DNA of 61,368 nucleotides, filler included, from Squatina squatina (GCA_031763465.1; 4 parts of 4 records of this genome joined end to end with filler, not necessarily neighbours in it), one strand, 5' to 3'; positions 39,295-53,204 are shown, numbered from the whole stretch's first letter. Made by a program: numbers and translations. The notes: generated by a model from the sequence alone, not told the origin.

Positions 39295-41129
39295 NNNNNN
39301 NNNNNNNNNNNNNNNNNNNNNNNNNNNNNNNNNNNNNNNNNNNNNNNNNNNNNNNNNNNNNNNNNNNNNNNNNNNNNNNNNNNNNNNNNNNNNNAGATAT
39401 TTTCTCTCCCATTTCCTGCCTTTTCTCTACGAGGTTTGTTCTTTCTGAAACGAGTGCACTTTTGGAAACTGTATGTTGTTCACACTTGATTTGGGTTGGA
39501 TGGGATTCTTCAATTTCTTCCCTCCCCTTTCACGGTGGAGTATCGTACTACCATGTGCCATTGAATACTATGGCACTGCTGGAAACAGACAGACTTTGCC
39601 CAACCAATGCCAGCTTTTGTTTTATTTTTACTGGTGGGCAAAGATGCCACACAATTAGTTAGATTTTCATTGAACATTTCAATTACAGCATGCNNNNNNN
39701 NNNGCCATGTCATGCTTTCTTCTCAATGAATGTAGCTATTGTTTTAGATGACATGAGTAACAAACACTTTGATAGTGTCTGCATTTGTGTGTGTTTTTTG
39801 TAATAGTGGTATCATTCATTTCCTTGGGTATTTGTTTGACAGGCAAATAAAGTCAAAGCTATAATTTTTCCTCCTGGTAAGCATTTTGTTCATTTTCTAA
39901 TTGTGGTAACAATTGTCTGAAATATTGATTTATTTGTATTTCAATATTTTGGTACCAAATTGCGAGGGAGTAACATGTGCAGTCACAGTCAATGATGCTG
40001 TCTTCTGTAACTGGAAGATAATTATATCTGTTATCAGTCCAATTCAAAGGCTATCACATGCTGTTGGAAGGTGCAAACCTTGTAATTACTACATGACGCT
40101 CTGTTTTAACCCTCTGAGCACTGAGCTTATTCTCTACTTCACAACACAATTTCGTTTGCACCTCACCAGATATGTCAGGGGCACATTGAAAAGAGAAATG
40201 AGAAAAAAATAAACAGCAGCACTTTTATCTTTCATATGTTCCTAAGATATGAAAAGTCTCCATTTTCAGTTTATTTAAACTGCAAGGAATTGGCATAATA
40301 TCAAGCAGACAGAGGACCTGTGGCTACAATACTGCAGCTCTATCCCCACTGGGAGCATAAGATTCCAGAATCATTTGCAATGAGATTATAAATGCATTCT
40401 TCATGCACATATTTTTTCATTTTTGTGCAGATACAAACAGAAGAATCTTTCCATGCTCTTGTTTGTTTTTCTCTCTGATTTTATCTGCTCTGTTACATTT
40501 ATTTTAACATAGATTATATCCCAAGTGTAAAGATAAAAGTAAATTGGATGTCAGAAGTACATTGTGAAGTAATAAAACTATTCTGCTTAAATCATTAAAA
40601 TATTTTTCAGAAAACTTTCTTTCAGGAAAGGAAGGAGCCAGTGTCCTTGACATTTTTATTCTGAAGATGTCATGCTTCGGCGAAATGATGGTACATTTCA
40701 AAATTTATACGAACTTACCTTAGATTCTGGGGGCTTCAGAGATTTCAGCTTCTGGGCCTCTCTGGGAACCCATGGGTAGTGCCCACGTGTCCCAGGAATG
40801 TGTGCGCTTCATACAATCTGGGATCACGTGGGCCGGCTCAACAAATCAAGGACATTGTATTATAATTAGAATTAGCTTTGTAACTTATTTTTACAATGAG
40901 GAATGTGCATCTTTAAAATAACATTATCACTGAGACACAGTTGCAAAATATGTTGCATGCAACAGCTTATCTGCCTCCAGTTTTCAATGGAGTCGAGTGC
41001 AGCAGCCAGACATTCCCTGGCATTGCTATGTTGTTTGTTTAAGCATTGCTCTGTCGCGGGTGGGGGGAAAGTAATCATTGAACCTCATGTAGGGTAAGAA
41101 GTAAAATAATGAACTTGCTAAAGTAAACA

Positions 41130-41330
41130 ATAACTGTGCTATCTGTTGGGTAGGAAATTGTTTGGAATTGTTCCAAAATTGGTAAACACTGTATGTGTTT
41201 GTACTATTCAAGAAAGGAGGAAGAGAGAAAACAGGGAACTACGGGCCAGTTAACCTGACATCAGTCGTTGGGAAAATACTGGAATCAGTTATTCAGGAAG
41301 TGGTGGCAGGGCAATTAGAAAAACATAATG
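41130..41330 (+). mobile_element. CR1 LINE reverse transcriptase N-terminal fragment
   Basis: LFKKGGREKTGNYGPVNLTSVVGKILESVI. Confidence 0.92.
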
Positions 41331-44300
41331 GACCAGAAATTGCTGTCAGGGGCTTCCCGTGTGACCATAAAAATTTATACGAANNNNNNNNNNNNNNNNN
41401 NNNNNNNNNNNNNNNNNNNNNNNNNNNNNNNNNNNNNNNNNNNNNNNNNNNNNNNNNNNNNNNNNNNNNNNNNNNNNNNNNNNAGAACCTGATAGAGCTG
41501 TTTGAGTTGGTATCCAATTTAATAAGTGAAGCTATGGCCAGTACTACTTCCAGCTGTATGATGACGCCTTTGCTAAGCTGGTGGTGATAATTTCCTGCTA
41601 GTTTTCTGAAACATTTGTCTCCACAGAATTATTAAAAAAGCCAAGGAATCTCATTCCATGTTTCACACATCAGAATACATGAATTATTAGTTAATCTATC
41701 TAGTCAAAAAACAGGACATTTTATATGTTAAAAAGTGCAGCTGGCTTGCCTGTATATTCAATAGATTTGACTAAAGTACTTTGATTTAACCATCAATAAA
41801 TAGGGTGAAATATATTGTTGTGGATGATTCTTTCAGACTAAATACTATGATTTTTTAATTCTTCCAAGTACTGAATTGCAGTTAGATTTTGGGAAGCATC
41901 AAACATGGCATCAGTCATTTCTAGATTTCTGCAAGCTGAGTGTTGATGACAAACACACACAGCATTTAGAATTGTGACATGAATTACAAATAAGATCATT
42001 CGGATGTTGTTCAGCAAAAAGCGACACATTATTTGCATGATTAGATAGCATTATGATAAGATAGAAAAAGGAATTAAAGGTACTAATAGGGGAGTCAAAG
42101 CAAAACTCCATTAAAGGATATCAATAGCAGAGTTTATAAATCGGTATATTCTCCTTGTACTGACCCTTTAAGTCAAAATTTTATACACAAACTATATAAT
42201 TATATTTATTGTATCAAGAGTGCACCCATGGTGTATGAGAAAGTTTGTGTCACACTTCAAAATGCCCATTACATTTAGCTGATTGACTCATATCACTACT
42301 ATTTGTTAACTTAACCACGCTGATTTGTCCAAGAATAGACAGAAAGGAAAAACACGTACCATGTGATCATCTTGTCTTTGATAAGCAGATCGAACATACT
42401 TTCTCTCAGACTGAAACTTGGGCTATAAACCAACAGAAAATCTATTTAAATTAAAGAACANNNNNNNNNNNNNNNNNNNNNNNNNNNNNNNNNNNNNNNN
42501 NNNNNNNNNNNNNNNNNNNNNNNNNNNNNNNNNNNNNNNNNNNNNNNNNNNNNNNNNNNNAATTTGAAACATCTTTTTGCCAAAGGTCAGGAATAATTTA
42601 CACCTGCAAATTAACAGCTGCGCTTTCTGTCGATGTTACTATTTCCTGATGTCCCTGCAAAATGACGCCCACTGAATATGAATATCTGTTTGATTTTGGT
42701 TTTGCTACAGAGCTCCATGAGTACACTGGAACAATGTATTTCTCTGTTTACCATTTGGTGCTCACTGAATATAAATGTGAATTTAAATTGTATTTTGTAA
42801 TCAATGTTAATGGGTTCTTTAGAACAATGCAAACGTACTAAATATACTTTTGATACACAAGGCATATCAACAGAAAGTAGCTCGAACTAATTAAGTGATG
42901 TAGTATTACATATTTGCTTGCATCATAAAAATTTTAGCCTGCAATTACTAACATAACTCCACAACAATCTGAGAAAACTCAAGCCAATAAGTCACCAGGA
43001 CTTCAGTATCCTCTTTATAAAGCAGGAACACTTCAAGAACTGGTTCTGTAAAAAAAAAGCCTGAGGCTGCAGGTGCAGTGGAATGCATCCCTTTTACACT
43101 AACATCACCAAAGCAACTGCAAACAAAGGTGCACGCAAACACTTGCACAGCCAGGCTGAGAGCTCAGTCTGTTGCCACGGCCTCTAGAGGCAACATGGCA
43201 GCCTCATTTATTTTGCAGCAGTATTGTCAAAGTTGTGAATGCTGTCAGCAGCAATGCTGTAAAGTAATTTGGCCATAAAGCTTCAGGGTACTGTAAATGT
43301 TGCACATATTATTTACTATCATTGAGCTGTTCATGTTTTTGCAATGGAGGCCAATTTCAGAAATGTGCAATTTCTGTACCCACAGCAATGACTTCTGTTT
43401 AATACTATTGGTTCTAAGTATGCGATTGGCGGACACTTNNNNNNNNNNNNNNNNNNNNNNNNNNNNNNNNNNNNNNNNNNNNNNNNNNNNNNNNNNNNNN
43501 NNNNNNNNNNNNNNNNNNNNNNNNNNNNNNNNNNNNNNCAGATGTTGAGCATGTCCACCCAGGCATAACTGGGCATATTCAAATGATGCGTTACTGTCAC
43601 ATGGCATATTTCCCATTATTATCTCTACAGCAACTATGGATGGTAGAACTGTTGGTACATTCCTGGTACACTGTGGAAGGCACAAAGTAATTTAAATCTC
43701 CCCCTAAGGGAACGTAATCGATCCTAGAGTGTAAAAGTTGTAATGTGAAGGCAGGATTCGAGGCCACATATATATGCTTTAAAGGGCAACTAATATACAT
43801 CATGTTACATATAAATGCCAACCTTAATCCTGGTGCTTGTGCTCATAGTCATTTAGGTTGCTATTTATATGTAATTAATGAAACCAGTAAAAGAATACAT
43901 TAGTAGTGGCATGATGAGGGATCTACTAGTGCTCTATAAGGGGAGCACAGAGGAGCAAATGATGCCTGAAATAGAAGTGGCTTTTCATCGATTTGCTGCT
44001 GAATACATTAATGATGGTGTTTTTATTTTTTCCTGTTATTTTGATTCCGTCAGTTTGGTAGAGTCAGTAGTATTATCTGTGGCATTTCAAGTTGAGCGTA
44101 TGATTTAATTTGCGAACTGTTTCAAACTACCTACAGTGAACATTAAAGATTATAATTAACCATAGTTCTGGGAACATTTTTTGAGAATTACTATCTGATA
44201 GCTCCATAGACCAGAGCTATTGTATAAATAATTAATTCACCATGGCCAAGGGTATTATTTTAAAAAAAAAAGCTATAGTTTTTTTCTGCATTATTGCTAA

Positions 44301-44410
44301 AATATTTAGGNNNNNNNNNNNNNNNNNNNNNNNNNNNNNNNNNNNNNNNNNNNNNNNNNNNNNNNNNNNNNNNNNNNNNNNNNNNNNNNNNNNNNNNNNN
44401 NNNNNNNNNN

Positions 44411-44500
44411 CAGTTCAAGAAGGCGGCTCATCACCACCTTCTCAAGGGCAACTAGGGATGGGCAATAAATGCTGGCCTTGCCAGTGATCCCGGAACAAAT
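44411..44500 (+). mobile_element. CR1-group LINE 3' tail
   Basis: GTTCAAGAAGGCGGCTCATCACCACCTTCTCAAGGGCAACTAGGGATGGGCAATAAATGCTGGCCTTGCCAG. Confidence 0.75.
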
Positions 44501-46214
44501 GTTTTTTTTTTAAATTGAGGGGAAAAGCATTAGCTGAAGTGAAATTTTTCAAAATGATTTGTCTCCTAAATTATATATTTTTTTCCAATTCTGTTATCTA
44601 ATGATGAAATGATTAATTTTCAAAGATAGTTCCATTCAATGTGCACTAACAAAGTGAAGAAATAATTTATTTTAAAATTCAAATGTTGTCCTAATTGCGT
44701 TGAATTACATATAAAAGGCAACAGATGTTACCATGGCCTTTATGGGGCAAAAATATCTGTTTACAGTGAACTGTAGCTCGTGACAATATCCCATTGCCTC
44801 TTCTCTGTTTGAAGCCAGAATGAGTTCCAAGATAAAAGTGACTGAAGCTTTCATTGAAGTGTTTACTAATATATTCTATGAGCTGCACAATCATCTGAAA
44901 GTTCTATTGAAATGCTTGTCTATTCACAATGTAAAGAATGAATGACTGTCTGTCAGCAACAGTACATCTTCTACAGCTGCCGCTTGTGCTAAAACAAAAT
45001 TGTTACTGCTTCAGTCTCTGACAAAAGAGAGTCTAAATATAGGTTTGAAATTTTAGAAAATATCACTATCTATCTTTTTGGTACTTCTATGTTGCCACAT
45101 GCTGAATTTATGCTCTGCAGACAACCTGATGGTTTTCCCTGCACGGCTTTCTGAATCACTTGAGGCAAGTGATCGTCATGGCGACAATGTACAGACGTCA
45201 CTGACAGATTAAGGCATGCAAATTCACAAAAGTGAACAGAATGCTGAACAAAGCAGCTTTCTCTGGAGGTCTCAGTTGTGGGACAATAAAATAGTAGTCT
45301 GTAAGAGAATCTTGAACATTGTGCCTGGAAACTGTAGTATAAAATGTTAAAAGTGTTCTAATTTTTAATTGTAATTTGGGACGGTGCTTTGAGAGCATAG
45401 TTGATATATATGCAGTTAATTCCCCAGTGGCATTCAATGTAGAAGGTACTGANNNNNNNNNNNNNNNNNNNNNNNNNNNNNNNNNNNNNNNNNNNNNNNN
45501 NNNNNNNNNNNNNNNNNNNNNNNNNNNNNNNNNNNNNNNNNNNNNNNNNNNNGGCGATTTACTAGGCAGTTAATTGAAACCATTTGATCATATTATTTTA
45601 CCAGTATAATAAAATTTTTAAAGAATACTTATCAAATACCAAGAGGCATATTTGTTTATACTAGAGTTTTCTTATCTTTTATATGTCACATAGATCTATT
45701 TTATCTGTAAGGAAATAAAATTTAAGACAGCATTTTCTAATTCATTTTATTTTGAAACCATATGCACAAAACATTGTACTGTAATTACAGCTCAGCAGAG
45801 TATCAGAAACTTTGTTGAATTGTAGAAACAAGAAAGTGGCACATACACCTCTTGCTAAACAAACTACTAGAAACAAAGTCAGACCTGTCTTTTTCAGGTT
45901 ACAGTATCACAAATGTGCACATCTATTGTAAAGGCTGGTACTGAATTGGAAATGGTCACAGAACTGAGAACTGAGTTATTCTGTTGCCATATTAGGTTCT
46001 ATTGCTATAGCACAAAAAGTGGAAAATGTAGAGCTCTCACAAAAAAGAGTGAGCGCTTTGGAATCAGACAATGATTCAAACAATGTCCTTTTTGGAGACT
46101 AACATAATTTCAAAAATGCAGCGGAGGGAGGCTAACCTATCACCTACATTTGGTTTCCCTGTCTTTCTCCCATCAGCGTACTGCACAATTACAGTATTTC
46201 ATAAGTATGCAAAA

Positions 46215-46314
46215 NNNNNNNNNNNNNNNNNNNNNNNNNNNNNNNNNNNNNNNNNNNNTTAATTAATTAANNNNNNNNNNNNNNNNNNNNNNNNNNNNNN
46301 NNNNNNNNNNNNNN
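46215..46314. other. Artificial scaffold-joining linker
   Basis: N44-TTAATTAATTAA-N44. Confidence 0.97.
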
Positions 46315-47590
46315 GCATGCCCCCCAACGTGGACACTCCATAGTTGCCCCTGCCACCAGTGTCTGCTTGTGCTCACTTGTAAATTGTGAATCACCAGTTG
46401 AAAACCCAGCTGTCTAACTGAACCCACCGACGTGCGAGTATCTGCACTGGTGCATGGATATATGTCCTGCAGCAGTGCATCCTCAGAAGGAATGAGGTCT
46501 TCTGAGGAATCATCCTGTGACACGTGCTGTACGCATGAAGGCCTTGGAAGATAAATGAAAGGGATATGATTTAGTTGTGGCAAAGTCACAATACACACTC
46601 AGTCTTCTTATAGTTCAGTCATTGATGAAATGAAGTCAGAATATGTGTGTCAGAGATATTTGTAATTCTGTCGCCAGCTATCTGCGAGCTCCTAGTCTCT
46701 CCATCTTCAACAGAAAAGGACCCAGATGTGCCAGTTATCTCCAGGGCCTCCTCCTCTGCATCAGTGAGCTGGACTATTTGTGACAGGCCACCTACAATCC
46801 TCTCTCGCTCTCCCTTGCGTTTTGCACTTTGTCCTACAATGTGCAAAAAAACAGATTGTGAGTAAATGAAGGTCAGGTATTCACCCGATGGTGAAGTGCA
46901 TTTAATGACAGTGACTATGTGACAGATGCATCACGTTGCATAAGGATTGGGGTGAGTGGCAATGGCGGATGGATAAATGGGGAGGTGATGAAGTGCACAG
47001 AAAGTGAAGGCTGGATGCTGCTGAAAATTGAGTGGGTGTGAGGAGTGATGTGATGGAGAATGCTTGGCAAGACAGGGGTGAAAAGGAGCGGGGCTTAGAG
47101 CACAGAATGTAGTTGAATCAGCAAATGTACTCACTTTTCCTCACCTGGTTAGGTCATTAAACCACTTCCTTTATTGCATCCAAGATGTGGGCACAGATGC
47201 TGCTCACCTCCTCGACTACCTCTAACCACGCCTTCTTAGTGAGAGCAGCAGGTTTCTTTCTCCCCTTGCTGTGGAAAAGTATGTTCCTCCTCCTCCTGAC
47301 TGCACCTAGCAGTAATTCCAGTGGCACATCATTGAATCTGGGTGCTGCCCTTGCTCTATCTGCAGCGTCCATCGTAAACATCTCCAAGTTACATTTGTTC
47401 ATTGTCCCTTTGAATACAGCTGAGATCATGTCATGTGGATGCACATCACGCCCGCTGCACAGCTTGGCGATGCAAAGCCCGGAAGTCAAAATTAATTCAT
47501 ATAATTCAGTTGCGGTCCCAGATTCTGACCCGCTGAGATGACTTCTGGGCTTCCCCCGCGTAATTCCATCTCCCCCACCCAGAAGCCGCT
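46315..47590 (-). mobile_element. Degenerate PIF/Harbinger element, Myb/SANT-like gene (spliced, pseudogenised)
   Basis: RARAAPRFNDVPLELLLGAVRRRRNILF...KKAWLEVVEEVSS, then a frameshift into SWMQ*RKWFNDLTR*GK|gtgagt. A second exon-like block reads RERIVGGLSQIVQLTDAEEEALEI (46619-46846). Confidence 0.8.
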
Positions 47591-47884
47591 TTCAGATTGA
47601 TATGGGGGCCCCCACTGTGTTTCCAGCATTCTTGGCCTCTCTATCAATCGCTGTTAACAGGTGGGATCTACTTGTGGCTTATCTGAGCAAAATTAACCAC
47701 AGCTGAAGCTGGTGGAATCAGAAGGGTTTGAGGCTTAAAGAGAGAGCCTTTAGCCACACAGTACTGGATTGCCACAACCCAAACATTGTTAAATGTACTA
47801 TAAAATTACATTTCCAATTCCTGCTGTACTGCGCATTAGTTAAAACTTTAAGGCCAATGATCAACGTTACAATGTCAGACTTAC

Positions 47885-48036
47885 GGTGCAATAGCATCTT
47901 TTAAAAATTTCAAAAATGGTTCGGTGATCATCAGTGTAAGGACTTGAAAACTAAGTTCCGTCATGCAATTGTTCAGCTCTCCACAGTCATCCTCCAAGCC
48001 AGGCAAACCAAGTGATGCAAATAACTCTTTATTGTT
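47885..48036 (-). CDS. Divergent anoctamin (TMEM16) exon, TM5-6 loop and TM6, copy A
   Basis: ttttag|NNKELFASLGLPGLEDDCGELNNCMTELSFQVLTLMITEPFLKFLKDAIA cc|gtaagt; 152 nt; C..EL..Q....M motif. Confidence 0.88.
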
Positions 48037-48123
48037 CTAAAATTAAATTAGATCAATGATTAGTACTTTGGAGTTCTTATACAACCGGCCACTTTTTAAT
48101 AAATCATCAGATGCATTACCTAC

Positions 48124-48233
48124 CGTTCTGAGAAATGCAATGTAAAACAGAGATGAGTAACTGTTGGCAAACTGGAAGGCAAATAACTTTATTATCAGAG
48201 CATCATTGTAATCGGTCTGAGTCCTGTAGTTTT
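48124..48233 (-). CDS. Divergent anoctamin (TMEM16) exon, TM5, copy A
   Basis: ctgtag|aa NYRTQTDYNDALIIKLFAFQFANSYSSLFYIAFLRT|gtaggt; 110 nt. An 87-nt phase-0 intron leads to the next exon. Confidence 0.92.
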
Positions 48234-49626
48234 CTACAGAGAAAAGAAAGAATGAAATAAGCAATAGCAGTGATACATTGCAAAGTGCTTTGGAACATCA
48301 AAGGATGTGTGTTAAGCAGCTATATAAATGTAAGTTCTTATTTCTATACATTAGTATCATCTTCTGGTAAAAGTTAGTGTTAATGATATTATAAGGTAAA
48401 ACCACACTGTGAATACTGGCATACAGCCACATTAATGTTAACACACCAGTAGACTTCAGGTTATTTTTGATTCCCTTATTCAGCCATTATAACATTGGCT
48501 TTGTTAGTTTTCCTCATAGGGATGTGCATCCCTTCCGCATCCTTCGACCTTTCCATTGTCCTCTGGATTTGTGCTNNNNNNNNNNNNNNNNNNNNNNNNN
48601 NNNNNNNNNNNNNNNNNNNNNNNNNNNNNNNNNNNNNNNNNNNNNNNNNNNNNNNNNNNNNNNNNNNNNNNNNNNTACAAAAGCACAACAGTTTATACAA
48701 GAGGATTGTCAGTAGTGACATTAAAATTAATATTTTGCCCATAGTTGTATAAATGCTCTGGTTAGTGCCTTTGGAAATAGCAAATTTTGTCCCCTTAAAT
48801 GAACTAAGTTGTACATTGTTGTTTTAATAGCCACATTTTTAAACAACTATGAATGAAATAATGGTATCATCGCAACCTATTTTATCAAGGGAAGAATCTT
48901 TTCATTCAGAAGTACAATGCATTGAAAAAAATTGAACAATTCATTATACAAAAATATTCAACTTCATCAAGGACTTTGTTGCTATTCAGTGGTGTATCCA
49001 GACTGTGCGATTAGTTAGGAATACAGGAATAAAGTCCACTTTAGATCCCGTCATTTATGCAGAACCTATACATAAAAAGTGATTCATAGGTTAGTCTTGT
49101 ATTTCTAGGCCCAAGTCAATCTGCAAATTTTGTCAAGTAAGTATCTTCATGTTCTACAAGACAGGGTATACTGGCACTGTGCAATGAATGCGCTTACACT
49201 TTGTCCATTTTATTTAAAAAATTTAAGAAAAACTAACATTTTCATGCCTGTGTAATGGACTAGCACATTTGTAGTCCTATTACAATTTTTGGCTGTGGAA
49301 AGATAGGAGTCCGGTTTGGTGTCCTGGAGTGAAACTGGCAGGTGGTGAAACAAATGTAATGGTTGTCTAGAGAAGCCGGTGGGGAACTTGCCCAATTTCT
49401 GAGTTGCTCCTCATTTTCAGGAGATGAGTTGTCTATGGAGAGCACATTTTGCGCTGACAAGTATCTCATCAATTAGGAGGTGGGAAATTGGGCGCTCTTC
49501 AGGTTAAGGGCCTGCAGAAGATTAANNNNNNNNNNNNNNNNNNNNNNNNNNNNNNNNNNNNNNNNNNNNNNNNNNNNNNNNNNNNNNNNNNNNNNNNNNN
49601 NNNNNNNNNNNNNNNNNNNNNNNNNC

Positions 49627-50071
49627 TCAGGACAAACCAAAGAGAAGTCAGCACTGAGTCAGAGTGAGGCTTTAAAGTCAAAAGTCACGTGATTTGATCG
49701 ATATGGAGCCAGGAGACAAAGTTAGGATGAAGCCCAGTTTCAGAGCTTTCATTAGCGCTCAAAGCTCAGAGATGAGGCATGTCAACGCCCAAAAAATGGG
49801 GCGTTGACACCTCTAAAGTTAAGGCACTGTAGCCTTGTCGAATTCTATGGCGGGCGCCATTTTGGGCGTTGCGCCCACTGATAACGTCATCAGGACACTC
49901 TAACACTGAACTTTGCGATTGTGGCCTTCAGGGGTTAGCACCCATTTAGTGCCAGCATTAACAGGGGATGAATTTCGCGCCAAAAAGTTTAACGCCAAAA
50001 ACCGGCGTTAAGCACTTAATGCCCATTTAACGCCATTTTAGCGCTAAAAGAAAATCGTGAATTGGGCGCCC
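49627..50071. mobile_element. MITE family B arm ending in AATTGGGCGCCC
   Basis: Reverse complement of 34263-34685. Confidence 0.85.
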
Positions 50072-53000
50072 ATAGACTTTTACAATACAGAAACAGGTCA
50101 TTCAGCCCAACAGGTCTAGCTAGTGTTGATACTCCACACACACCTCCTCCTACCTTACCTTATCTAACCCTATCAACATAGCCTTTTATACTTTTCTCCG
50201 TCATGTACTTATCTAGCTTCCCCTTAAATTCACCTGTGGTTTAAAATGGATTATGGTTTTAAAACCCCAGGACATTTTAATTTATTCCATTTTTCCATAT
50301 ACATTTACAGATGACAACATCCTAGCTCTTTAATTTGCATGTAAGCAGTTTAACTATAACCTACATATTAAAATATTAATTTCTAAATCCTTTTTGCACT
50401 CTGTTTCTACCCCTCGGAAGGATTCTTGTCAGTATACAAACCACTTCAGGCAGAAAGGCGAGGTGGTAAAGCCTGGAGGTGTCTTGAGTCTGTGCCAATG
50501 ATGCTCTGCGGGCAGCCTGTGCAACGTGTGTTTTCAGCTGGCCAATGTTAGTTATTTTGTCCATCCATGGTGTTGTGGAGCATTCTACGTAACAGCACAT
50601 CTGAGATATTACATTTTCCCAACTAAAGTACAAGTTTCAGCAACAGGCAGCTCCTGTGACTTCAAATTTGGGAGTTTACAGTGTTAAGCGTTCAAACAAT
50701 TGAGATTTCTGTGCTGGTCTTTCTGGTACTAGTTATACTTACCTCTTGGAGACAAGTGAAAATAGCCTTTCCTCCAATCCTGTCTAATCTGAATTTTAAA
50801 AATAGTTCCCACCTCTGACTGAAAGCACAATACCTGACTCGGCGGCCATGGTTTTATGGTTAAAAGGAATTCCCTTGCTATAGTGCTTGACACTTGACTA
50901 ACACTACTGAACTGTATTTCCAACCTTGGATTGTGCACTCTGTCACAGCTATGTAACCATGGCTCAGAATCACGCATCGATTAACTATTCTATAAGTTTC
51001 ATCAGTATCTTCTATGCTGTTGGATGTAATATTGGCATTATGCCAACACTCCATATGAGATGGGGTGGATGATGAAAGACCAATTGCACTTCACAAGTCA
51101 ACAAACTCCATGGAAGTGCATGAATAGTTCCTAAAGAAATAAGCAAGTTTCAGGCGTATTACCAGACTACAGTGAGGCCTGTATGATGTTGGCATGCCCT
51201 AGCACGTGTAGGCAGAATTTGAAGCACACGTATCCCTGTGTGCAGTGTGCACACTGAAATCTTCCTCATAGCCTAGCGAGCAATCTTGTTTTAATTGTTT
51301 GGCATTAGAGTGACCTGAAAGTTTAACCAAGTGCATGTTTCTGGCACTTAAATGTATGTCTAATTTCATCCATGTGTGTGAAATGGACCTTTTTCACACT
51401 TAAAAGAAATTGGCAGACACATAAGGGGGCCATTGCACTAATGAGTCCTTTCTGCAGGAAGAACATCTGGAGGATTATAGGTGGACGAACACATTGAAAG
51501 ATTTTGATGATCTATTTATAAAAGTCTTAACAGATAAAATGCTCCCCTTTATATGGATACAAGTCTCAGTTTCTATTTGCTGATCCCGACTTTATTTGTC
51601 AACAAGACTAGTTGCTATGCAGTTTCGTACAGGACTAGAGTATGACAAATGCATTTTTCATTTTACTATTCTTTGATTCATGAATGAAATGTGTTTTTGT
51701 TTAGGAACAATTTGTGCAATCATTTTCTCTGAGCGAGTAAAAATAAATTGGTTGGGTAAGTGACCCTTGCCACTAGTCTATAGCTTTTCTGTCTTCAGCC
51801 ATTGCTGCTGTTTTGAAGTTTCTATTTTTCAACATTACTACAAATGTTGCTTCTCAGAACTTTCCTCCTAAAGCCTAAAGCCCAAACCACTTGTGAGCAG
51901 CATAACGAGAGCGAGTTTATTGGAAAAACCATTATACTGAAACCAAAGAGCAACTTCACGGTTGCAATCAAGAGTGCAGTTGACAATTTATGACCTACTT
52001 CTTTATGGTTTTAACGCCCTTTAATTAGGCTAATCATTCCCAGATATGGATTGTTTCACACACACCCCTGTGCGTCACCAAGCTGGGTATTTAATCAGCA
52101 CTGGAAGTGATTAAGCACCTGTCCAGCATCAAGAACTGTTTCATCACAAAGATTGAGGGCAGTTTACATTGTAGACCAGCAGCCTTGATTTTCTGTGGAG
52201 TTCCCTGCTCCCCAATCTCGGGTGGCAAGAAATGGACTGGAAACCTCTTACCATCACTTCTGGAATTTTCTGCTTGATGTCATGGCGATCACTAAACAGG
52301 GCGGCATTAAGATTGTGCAAGTCAGGAGTTCTGAGCGGATCCAGTGATAAATTTAACAATCTTGACCTTTATCGATGTCGAGGCGCAAAACTGAACCTTT
52401 GCAAGGCAAACAGCCTCCTGCTGCAAAAATATATCCGCTCAAACAGAGGTAGCCATATTCACGTTCTGAAGAAATGGTGGATTGACCTGAGATATCAAAA
52501 CTGCCAAAGCAATGTTGGATGCAAGCAACAGGTGTGCAGGAGGAGATTTAAAATTAAAGGTACAGGGCAATCAATTCTACTCCTCAGCACTGCAACATTT
52601 AGAAGCTTTCCAAAAAATGAATCTCTTCTGAAACCCCCTGCAAGCAGCCCAAGTTTCGCTGCTGCAGTCTACCGAGGCGGGCAACAGACATTTTCTTACC
52701 CCCGAGGTGGTCTCCCCAGCACAGGTGGAAACATTGCTGGAAGCCGTCACCCGAGAAAATTTATGGTGGATCAGGGAGCAAAGCCCACACTGCCAACTTC
52801 ATGCAGAAAATCGTAGCGGCAGTTTCAGTCAGTGTGAACTACCATTTCAGCAGCATGTGAACTTTAAACAGAATGGGATTTTGTGGCTCTGGACTGTCAA
52901 TTTTAATGTACCTGGGAGTTATACAGTTAGAATTTAAAAACAGTTTACCTGCTTATTGCTTTAGTTTGCCAATTCTGGATCCTTAATATGTAAACAAATT

Positions 53001-53204
53001 CAGCAGCCATTTTGCACATACAACAGTGACTGTGCTTAAAAAGTAATTAGATGTGAAGTGCTCTGGGACATCCTGAGGACAGAATACTGTATCAAGTTAT
53101 TTGTTTCTATACTGAACTGACTAAACACAAGTGATTTGAAATATAAAAAATAAACACAAATTTTGAATGATTTACCATAACATTGCAAGTGTTCAAAGAC
53201 TTAC

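Noticed and set aside
41838-42038. ORF with a signal-peptide-like start (MILFVIHVTILNAVCVC...)
   Set aside because: No donor site or recognisable family; hydrophobic short ORFs are common in AT-rich DNA.
51705-51755. Plus-strand 51-nt exon-like segment (TICAIIFSERVKINWL)
   Set aside because: Antisense within an anoctamin contig and without recognisable homology; such pseudo-exons are common.
52232-52937. 194-aa plus-strand ORF and nearby SPAQVETLLEAVT segment
   Set aside because: No recognisable domain or splice structure; at most a very decayed Myb-like transposon remnant.
52949-52981. 33-nt minus segment IQNWQTKAIS resembling ANO3/4 IQNW after TM6
   Set aside because: Poor acceptor abutting a degenerate SINE tail, with no equivalent exon visible after copy A.
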